From positions 44,391-108,390 of IMG/VR virus record IMGVR_UViG_3300024521_000001: 64,000 nt of DNA. One strand, given 5' to 3'. Numbering within the stretch: the first letter of the stretch is position 1; every line of letters starts with the position of its first letter. The translations under genes were made by a program, and so were the position numbers. Source of the stretch: a virus (lineage: Duplodnaviria > Caudoviricetes). The notes under the pieces are model-generated. The model was not told the origin of the DNA and searched no databases. It saw only the letters and a program-made list of their open reading frames with translations. Below are positions 56,101 through 64,000 of this stretch, one piece after another.

Positions 56101-59100
56101 ATGATTTTAGAACCAGATGAAAAGAGTGTGCTAGAGGACTTGCGACACGACACAGCGTTGCAGGATATGGCACGTTTCGCGGGTGAGGAAGGAAGCGAGT
56201 ACGTTGACCATTGGGTGAGCTACTACGCTTGCCAGTACACCGACGCAATCGGCATCAAAGATGCCAGGGTGTACGAGATCCTGAACGCGATCTTGGCCGA
56301 CGATTACTTTGAGTTTGAGGGAGAGGACCCAGAGCCAGCAGCCTGGGATAATCCCAACAACACCTTTGAGGAGAACAAGCGCGAGTATCTGTTGAGCTAC
56401 GGACCTGACACCTACTTTGAAGCAGGATTGGAGGACTGATGAAGGTTCACGTTGTAATGATTCACCACAAACACGGAATCAACCTATCGGCTCACGACAC
56501 GGCCAAGGGAGCAGAGGAAGAAGTGGGCCGGTATGTTGCCGACGAATGGAGTGCGGAGATCGAACCCAAGGAGCCGTACCCCGAAGACAATCAAGTGGAA
56601 GCCTACTTTGAGAAAGTGGAGTCGGAGTATTACGAGATCGAGGAATTAACCATCCAAGCGGAGGGGCAATGAAACACAGACTTGAGTTTTACGAGTGCGA
56701 ACACAGCGGTGACGAGCAAGGGTATGTCGATAACCTCAACGATCATCCTATGATCCAGACCGTCACGGTAGTCCAACGGCCTTACAACATGGAGTACGGC
56801 GAGGAAGTCGTGATTATCGAGGTCGAATCAGACCTGACTCACAATGAAATCCACGACATAGGGTGGGGGGTTGAAGACGAACCGCCGTACGCGCACCAGT
56901 CACCAGGGATAGTCCGAGAAGATATGGCCGACAAACTAGGAAAGGAGAAAGAGTAATGCCTTACATTTATGAATGGGTAGAGCCTGACTTGTTCTTGGAA
57001 CACAAGGGAGTGGAGGTCTACCACAGCTACAGAAACGACGACTACGGTAACGGACCTTGGGAGTATTGGTTTCAGGTCCAGTTGACTGACGACACCGAGG
57101 GAACCACAGAAGACGATATGCGCGAGTTTGACGTGCGGGACCTGGATGCCTGGAAGGTTATTTCCCGGCGTTGCCGTGTCGAGCCAAAGGAAGCTATTCG
57201 GAAAGCCTTAGACAAAGGCGGGAGACAGGAGCTTCTGAAACCCGTACCAAACCGTTGCCGATTTTGCAGGGAAATCCCTGAAGATTGCGAGTGTGCAGCA
57301 GGAAGGATGGCGAAATGAAAGAACACTTTGAGTGCGACAACTGCGCCAAGCAGTTCACCGAGGACCAGTGCAACGAGGCCAAGGATATTCTCATGCGTAT
57401 GGAGCGCGGGAGTATCTTCACGGACCTGGAGTGTCCAGAGTGCGGAGCCTTGTGCTATTCGGTTGGAGAGAAGGCCGAGCCAGACGAGCCAATGACAGCG
57501 AAGCGGTGGGATTCAATGACACCAGTAGAGCGCGAGGACTTCGTTGACGAATCAGGACTGGACGAAAGGTTCACGCGCTACTACCTGTCAGGGGAGCGCG
57601 TCGAAGTCACCGAAGAAGACGGAAACAAGAAGCGATTCTATGTGGGGAAGTCTACGGGTTGGAAGCCGATCTACCTGGAGATACTCCGCAGGGATTCAAG
57701 CGGAGGCGCGGGGATCCTCTCCAGTTGGGTTACCAGTATCAGGGGGGTTGGGGTCTACGACGACAGGAGGCGAAGACTATGATGAGGCAATCGCTAATCA
57801 CCCAAGGCAAAATCTCCAAGCTGCAAACGGCCTTGTCCAGAAAGATGGAAGGCAACGGAGAGGACATTGATACGGAGATCCTTGAGGCCATGAGGGAGCT
57901 ACACCGATACATTCAGTTGGTGGAACACAAGCTGGATGAAGTAGAGGTCCAAGCGAACCGGCGACGATTTTATTAACCAGAAAGGAGGACGAATGAAAGA
58001 CCTGTATTTGATCTACGTCAGGCAGTCTGACGACAACCGAAGGGGTTTTGCTGGTGAGGTTCGGGCCAACTCCAAGCAAGAAGCGTTCCTGAAGGCCAGG
58101 GATGATCTTGGGGTGACCGCTCCAACGAAGCAAGTGGACGTTGTGCGGGGAGTCCCGCAGGTCGAACACCAGCTTGACGACAATTTTGCCAGGACGAAAG
58201 AAGAACTGGTTGTGCGGGGACTTCTTGAGACAGAGCTATACCAATGGGACGACGACAGCCTTGATACGTTGGTTCACGAGTTGGCATTGACGCAGATATC
58301 AGAAATCAACACCAGAGGGAAGGTAGCGCAGGTTGAGTACGTCATAAGAAGACTGCGCGGGACACGGACAGAGGTCGAGATTCTCAAGATGAGAAGGGAG
58401 GCATCGTGAGCGAATTGCAAGTTTTCGTGTGGGCTGCGCTCATACAGTTCGTTGTCCTCGTTGAAGTGGCGGTGATTGTCAGTGTGGCGAGATTCGCCTG
58501 GATAGGAGGGTTCAATGACTTTTGAAGGAATGTTTGAACAGGCCAAAGAGCGGTTACTGCCTCATCTTGGTCACAACATCGAGATAGGAAATTACGGGAC
58601 CGAGAAGTTCCCAATAAACATCGCCATCGAGTGTATGGATTGCAATGAGGTTTTGATCGACTTCACCGATGAGCCAAAGAAAGGCGACGAGGCTGCCCAA
58701 GATCCGCAGCGGCCAACGGAGTCTGAGGTACGACTGCTTGCCTATGCGTACACAGACAGTTCTTTGGTCGCAGAAGACTCTGAGGATCGTGAACAAGCGA
58801 TTGAAGATGAGGTCCAAGGGCCGGGGGGTGGACTGGAACAGGTGCAATCGGCCTATATCGCGGTGTTTCGGAACTACATCACTGGTGGGCCAGGATACAT
58901 GGGAGCGGTCTACGCGATTGTTTGGGACGGTGCGCCAGAGTTCGTGTCGGTTGCCTATTGGGAGAAGGAGCCGAAGCGACTCAAGATGATTCACTACGGC
59001 GACGTGTGAGAACAGGATAGGGGGAAGAAAGGATGGGGAATGAACAACGTAGGTAAATGGGTATCGGTAAACGGTTCGATTGAACTGCCTTATGAAAGCG

Positions 59101-59545
59101 ACTTCGTGTTGGTGAAGGCTGCGTTCATAGGGGAAGACGGTTGCACGGTCAAGAGTCTAGGAGGACGGTACTACTTCGTGAGAAAGGGCCGCTTCGCAGA
59201 CTTCCCAGGTCCAAAGTTCGTGATTGACGCAACGAAGGATACGTTTCTTAAAAAGGGGGGACTATGAAGCACAACGTCCACTTTTATGTGACGGTCAGGG
59301 TTGTGGTTGAGGACGTGGAAGCTGACTCGCAGCGGGAAGCTATTGACGAGGCTGAAAAGATCCTACTGCCCAAGCTCAATCACGGAATGTTGGACAATTA
59401 TTCTGGTCACCCAACGGAGTACGCCGACGAGGTCATCGGCTATCTGGTGGACGAGCAAGGCGACGAGGAGTATCTCCAGACCAGGGCTTATGACCAGAAC
59501 AAAAACCCAGGGAAACTATCGCCCACAACCGGGCAACCGATATGA
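56101..59545 (+). other. array of small, mostly acidic hypothetical genes (56101-56439, 56439-56672, 56669-56956, 56956-57318, 57315-57782, 57779-57976, 57993-58409, 58515-59009, 59040-59267, 59264-59545)
   Basis: Tightly coupled ORFs with SD sequences; several are D/E-rich or carry CxxC pairs. Confidence 0.7.
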
Positions 59546-60294
59546 CACCGCGCGGGGGCAAGAGAAAGTATTTCTGGACCGAGGAGCAGGACGAGTTCAT
59601 GCGCCAGCACTACAACGGAAAGGTTGCAGGTCGAGCAGCCTGGATTGCCAAGGAGTTTGACGACTGGTATCCAGTTTGGCAAATCAAGAAACGTGCTGGA
59701 GTGTTGGGCCTGACAGTAGCAGCAGACCGGCGCAACTGGACGGAGGTTGAGGAGAAGTTCCTCCGTGATTACCTATGCTCTGCCAGTGCGCAGTACATAG
59801 CCAAGAAGCTCAAACGCAGCCTTGCTGCGGTCATGCTCAAGGCCAAGCGGGAGAAGATTCGGCGCGTAGCGATCAGGGAAGGCTACACCTTGCACCTATT
59901 GGAGCAATGCTTCGGGATGGATCACAGAGTTATCCAGCGTTGGATGAAGGAGAAGAAGCTCAAAGGGAAACGGCGCGGAGAGAACGGAGATCGAAGCACT
60001 TGGCATTTCACCGAGCGGGACGTGCTGGAGTTCGTGATTGCCTATCCGTTGGAGTTTCGGTTGGACAAGGTCAATCAGGCTTGGTTCATGGACTTGCTTA
60101 CTGGAGGCCGGGAGAACGCGGAGCGGTCAACGGTCTGTGTCATGTGTGAAAGATGGCCGGGGGATGATCCTTATGTGCATCACAGGCCGACAGGCGACAA
60201 CGAGGCCATGGAGATCTGGATTTACTGTCGAGGGTGCAGCGTTGTACCGAAGAAAATGGCGAAGAAGGAGGAACAGAATGGGTTTAACGATTGA
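59542..60294 (+). CDS. multi-HTH DNA-binding protein
   Basis: Repeated WTEEQDEF / WTEVEEKF...IAKKLKRS units plus a MerR-like HTH. Confidence 0.75.
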   Translation: MTPRGGKRKYFWTEEQDEFMRQHYNGKVAGRAAWIAKEFDDWYPVWQIKKRAGVLGLTVAADRRNWTEVEEKFLRDYLCSASAQYIAKKLKRSLAAVMLKAKREKIRRVAIREGYTLHLLEQCFGMDHRVIQRWMKEKKLKGKRRGENGDRSTWHFTERDVLEFVIAYPLEFRLDKVNQAWFMDLLTGGRENAERSTVCVMCERWPGDDPYVHHRPTGDNEAMEIWIYCRGCSVVPKKMAKKEEQNGFND

Positions 60295-60496
60295 AGAAAA
60301 GGTCCCTGAAACCGTCAGTGGTGAGTGTCCGTTCTGCAAATGCGACGACATACAGGGAGACTCGTTTGACGTTGAAGGGAACCACGTCTACCAGAGAATG
60401 TTTTGCCTTGGGTGTGAATCATCATGGGACGACGAGTACAGGTTGGTGCGCCAAGCGAACACGGACGGGCGCACGATCACAAAGGAGGACAAATGA
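60278..60496 (+). CDS. zinc-ribbon protein
   Basis: CPFC...CLGC..W.DEY. Confidence 0.7.
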   Translation: MGLTIEEKVPETVSGECPFCKCDDIQGDSFDVEGNHVYQRMFCLGCESSWDDEYRLVRQANTDGRTITKEDK

Positions 60497-60779
60497 AACA
60501 GATAACAGTGGATGAGATCAAAGAGGAGATCCGCTTTCAGATCAAAGCATTGGAAGCGAACGTCAACCTGGAATTACCCCAAACCGTATACGCTCGGCTC
60601 TTGGAGTGGATTGAACTGAAACGCTAGGAGGTTGATTGGAACTGTTTTTGTTTATCACTGGACTCTCACTGGCTGTGTGTACCGATGGTGGACCAGAGTG
60701 GGTGAGGAAACTGGCATTGCATGGATGGGTGGTCGCATGGCTGCTGCACGTCTATTGCTGTGCATGAGAAAGGACCGGA

Positions 60780-61385
60780 ATGCCACTGGATAGCCTGAAG
60801 TCGGCCAAGGAACTGGCGAAGAACAAGCCTCACGGTACGAGGATGAAGTATCTAGGCGGGTGTCGTTGTCTGCCTTGCAGGGGAGCCTACTCGCAGTACG
60901 AAACGGATCGGCAGCGGGAGATCCGTGAGAGTGGACGAAGTACAGGTTGGGTTTCTGCTTCCAAAGCCAGAGAACACCTGATCGGGCTGTCAAAGAATGG
61001 TGTCGGCAGAAGATCCGTGCATCATGCCAGTGGAGTGGCTGACTCGATTTTGCACGAAATCAAAATGGGTAGGCGCAAGCGGATCTTTGCGAAGACGGAA
61101 CATCGGATTCTACAGGTTGACGAAACAGCCAAGGGTGCAGCGGGGATCGTACCAGCTGGACCGACGTGGGAACTTATCAACGAATTACTCGAAGAAGGCT
61201 TTACCAAGTCGTACTTGGCGAAGCGTCTAGGGCGCAAGGTTCCTGCACTTCAGGTACACAAGGAGAGGGTAACGGTAAAGACCGCAGTCGCAATCGAGCG
61301 GCTGTACGGCGACATTATGAGGAACGGGAGATCGGAAGGGCCAGAGGCCAGACAGATACGGAAGAATTACCATGACCGACGTTAG
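60780..61385 (+). CDS. HTH DNA-binding protein with GCRC..C motif
   Basis: HGT...Y..GCRCLPC; AREHL..L...GVGRRSV. Confidence 0.75.
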   Translation: MPLDSLKSAKELAKNKPHGTRMKYLGGCRCLPCRGAYSQYETDRQREIRESGRSTGWVSASKAREHLIGLSKNGVGRRSVHHASGVADSILHEIKMGRRKRIFAKTEHRILQVDETAKGAAGIVPAGPTWELINELLEEGFTKSYLAKRLGRKVPALQVHKERVTVKTAVAIERLYGDIMRNGRSEGPEARQIRKNYHDRR

Positions 61386-61514
61386 ACAAAAGAAAGGAGG
61401 GCCATTGGATGAACGAAAGAAAATGACCAGGACAGACGTTTTTGAACGAATCGTGCTGCTAGGCCTGTCGGTAGCGGCAGCGGTAGCACTCAACGGTTGC
61501 TGAAAGGAGGACAA

Positions 61515-61694
61515 ATGAAACAGCCAATCAAGATCACGGTCGAGAAATCGGTACTGATTGCAGCGAGACAGAAGGCCATGGGGAAGGAGACTGTAATCAG
61601 CAACATCATTGAGGGGTTCTTGTCCCTGTGGATTGCGGGGAAGCTCGCGGATCCGGAGGAGTTGATGAGGGAAGTGGAGGAGGCCCAGGTATGA
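61515..61694 (+). CDS. small RHH-like regulator
   Basis: IKITVEKSVL..AR.KA...ISNIIEGFL. Confidence 0.6.
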   Translation: MKQPIKITVEKSVLIAARQKAMGKETVISNIIEGFLSLWIAGKLADPEELMREVEEAQV

Positions 61695-62275
61695 AACGCG
61701 CTGCGATTTACGCACGGATCTCAACGGTGCGCCAAGACGAAGGCATGCAGTTGGAGGACTTGCGGGAGATGGCGAAACGGCGCAAGTGGGAGGTCGTCGA
61801 GGAGTACGTTGACCGAGGGGTGAGCGGAACCAAGGAGTCCCGAGAGGCTCTGGATCGAATGATGGCAGACGCGAAGCGGGGGAAGTTCGACATTGTCATG
61901 GTGTGGAAGTTTGACCGCTTTGCGCGAAGCCTACACCATCTGGTTTCTGCCTTGAGGGAGTTCAGCGAATTGGGGGTCCAGTTCGTTTCACACCAGGAAG
62001 CCGTGGATACGTCAACACCGATGGGCCGAGCTATGTTCGGGTTAATAGGCATCATGGCCGAATTTGAGCGCGAGCTTATTAACGAACGGGTATTGGCTGG
62101 ACTGGACAGAGCCAGAAGGAACGGGACTCAACTTGGTCGCAGGGAGACACAGTTCGACGAGGCTTGGGCTCTTGTGCTGCGCCACGAAGGGAAATCCTGG
62201 AGGAAGATCGCTGAACTGGTAGGGGTCTCAAAGTCTGTGCTGCACCGAAGGATGAAAGAGAAAGGAGTGATATGA
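61691..62275 (+). CDS. small serine recombinase (resolvase/invertase family)
   Basis: Start MKRAAIYARIST; DRGVSG, DRFARS, AEFERELINER and a C-terminal HTH. Confidence 0.95.
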   Translation: MKRAAIYARISTVRQDEGMQLEDLREMAKRRKWEVVEEYVDRGVSGTKESREALDRMMADAKRGKFDIVMVWKFDRFARSLHHLVSALREFSELGVQFVSHQEAVDTSTPMGRAMFGLIGIMAEFERELINERVLAGLDRARRNGTQLGRRETQFDEAWALVLRHEGKSWRKIAELVGVSKSVLHRRMKEKGVI

Positions 62276-62685
62276 AACCAAAGAAAGAGGAATGGAGATA
62301 TCTAGGAAGGCGTCTCGACCCGAAGAATAAAGTCTTCCATGTCTGGCACGACGGCGACGAAGAGCGTCACTTCAACAAGCTCCCGTCAAGCTCGCCCGGA
62401 TCCTTTTACGAAGTCGAGGTCTCGCGGAAAGGAGATTCGGTAGTCGTTCATGGGAAACCCACCTTCTTGATGATCGCAGAGAAGGACGACCCCATTAGCC
62501 TGAAGGCATGCGCGGATGATCGAGCCGTGTCGATAGAGGTCGAGTCGAAACGCGCTGAGAAGGCTGGAGCGTATAAGGAGCTAGAGGAAAACCTGGAGGC
62601 TTTGCGATCTCTATATTTTCGACAAACAGGAGGCCGACGTGCTGCGTTTCTGGCTCACGTCATCCAAAGATTAACGAAACGATAG
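62272..62685 (+). CDS. hypothetical protein
   Basis: 137 aa, ATGA-coupled. Confidence 0.65.
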   Translation: MKPKKEEWRYLGRRLDPKNKVFHVWHDGDEERHFNKLPSSSPGSFYEVEVSRKGDSVVVHGKPTFLMIAEKDDPISLKACADDRAVSIEVESKRAEKAGAYKELEENLEALRSLYFRQTGGRRAAFLAHVIQRLTKR

Positions 62686-62696
62686 GAGGGACGAAG

Positions 62697-63317
62697 ATGA
62701 AAGTATACCAAGGCCGAAGGGGAGAGAACGGAATTTTTGTTGTTGTTAAAAACGTGACGGAGAATCTACACGATAATTTACCCCACGTTGAGTGCCACTC
62801 ACCGGATGGGTTCGAGTGGGGTTACGGGGGCAGCGGACCAGCGGATCTGGCTCTGGCGATCCTGACCGACTGGTTTGAGGAAGATCCAGTCAAAGTACAG
62901 ACGTATGCACGAACAGGCGAGGGTGATCCGTCGTCGTCGGTCCACTTCCACCAACAGTTCAAGGAAAAGCTCATCGTGGGGTTGCCAAGGAAAACCTGGA
63001 CGATCACGGACGAGGAGGTCAAGAAGTGGTTCGGTAAGATCGGTGCGCTGTGCAAGGACTGTAAGCGGGGCATGTACGAGTCGGACGGGTGTCGGGAGTT
63101 TGTTATCCCGATGAAAGACGGGACCAATGCACCGCCGGTCAAGCACGGCGAGGAAACCAGAGCGGATTGGGGAAGTGACGGAGGTCGCTGCCACGACTGT
63201 GGCGCGAAGGTTGGGCAGTTTCATCACCCAGGCTGTGACGTGGAGGAATGCCCGAAGTGCGGGGGTCAGTTAATTGGCTGCAGCTGCGTGAAATACGCGG
63301 ACGAGGAGGAAGAGTGA
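62697..63317 (+). CDS. DUF6166-like domain fused to a Cys/His-rich domain
   Basis: HSPDGFEWGYGGSGPADLALAIL; RCHDCG...HHPGCDVEECPKCGGQLIGC. Confidence 0.75.
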   Translation: MKVYQGRRGENGIFVVVKNVTENLHDNLPHVECHSPDGFEWGYGGSGPADLALAILTDWFEEDPVKVQTYARTGEGDPSSSVHFHQQFKEKLIVGLPRKTWTITDEEVKKWFGKIGALCKDCKRGMYESDGCREFVIPMKDGTNAPPVKHGEETRADWGSDGGRCHDCGAKVGQFHHPGCDVEECPKCGGQLIGCSCVKYADEEEE

Positions 63318-63527
63318 TTGATTTTATAGTGGAAATCCACGATCAATATGGTGCTTCGCATATTCTTGGTGTGATCGGTGTCGGGCTTTACGTCACCGCT
63401 TTAATACTGAGGCCTTTAGTGGTGCGCTACTGGCCCGACGCTAAAGAAAAGTTTGTTGACCCCTGCCCGTTCGCGGACCCGCGAGGAAGTTCTGCCCAGG
63501 TCAGAGCTTGGGAGAAATTAGAAGAGA

Positions 63528-63800
63528 ATGAAAAAACACGCCATTAAGCCTGGATCGAACGGGAAGGAAGGTTGGTGGTATGAGATCATGCCACTGACCT
63601 TCGACCGTGCCAGGATCGTCCTGACCGATGGGTACTCTGTTGACGATGGATGGTGATACGACTCACCAGGGTTGGCAGTTGTCGGCCTTGCGACATTTGA
63701 TCCTAAGACGATGGATGAACCGGAAGGATGGATGCGAAACCTGTCAACGGCTCGACGCCGGCCAGGGGGTGACCCCAAAAAGGAATATATTCGACGATGA
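63528..63800 (+). CDS. phage protein with in-frame UGA (candidate selenoprotein)
   Basis: MKKH...TDGYSVDDGW[TGA 63654-63656]YDSPGLA...EPEGWMRN..TARRRPGGDPKKEYIRR; SECIS-like hairpin at 63667-63690. Confidence 0.7.
63667..63690 (+). promoter_or_regulatory. bacterial SECIS-like hairpin
   Basis: CAGGGUUGGC-AGUU-GUCGGCCUUG, starting 10-11 nt after the UGA, with GU in the apical loop. Confidence 0.55.
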
Positions 63801-64000
63801 GGTTGGCCGTGACGCGGTTAACCGACAGTCCCGCAAGCTCTTACACCCCTCAAAGTAAAGAGTACCCTAACATTCCCATCCGTGACTGAACGGCTCAAAA
63901 AACCCTAGCAAGGCTCACTGAGAGTATCACTCCTCCGGAGGATCTACCAGTTCTGCTTCCGGGGTTTCCTCCGGGGGGCCCGCCTGTCGTGGAGGAAACC

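Noticed and set aside
61501-61503. Cys-Sec read-through at LNGC-TGA
   Set aside because: Only four codons follow, overlapping the next SD, and there is no SECIS-like hairpin.
1-64000. Genome-wide reassignment of TGA
   Set aside because: Many genes end in TGA with ATGA coupling, and the long genes have no internal TGA.

Overview
The window is most of a tailed dsDNA phage or prophage genome with a podovirus-like virion module, arranged as two divergent arms. The minus-strand arm (1 to about 49.2 kb) reads right to left: small accessory genes, a degenerate tRNA, five small very basic proteins, TerS/TerL, portal, scaffold, major capsid, three adaptor-like proteins, two large repeat-built fibre proteins, nozzle and ejection proteins. 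The plus-strand arm (49.97-63.8 kb) is an early/anti-host-like array of small genes including PAPS-reductase-like, RadC/JAB, minimal ligase-like and serine recombinase genes. The top finding is two genes that the ORF track truncates or misses: a phospholipase-A2-like gene (40200-40544, minus) and a phage-type gene (63528-63800, plus). Each has an in-frame UGA where the protein family normally has Cys, followed 10-11 nt later by a hairpin with bacterial SECIS geometry, so both are candidate phage-encoded selenoproteins. Other highlights are a recurring TTGACR-N7-(-10) promoter-like motif with a spacer one helical turn short, a type II hammerhead ribozyme, a three-copy covarying structured RNA motif and several dispersed repeat families. 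All protein family calls come from recognising motifs by eye; no database searches were run.
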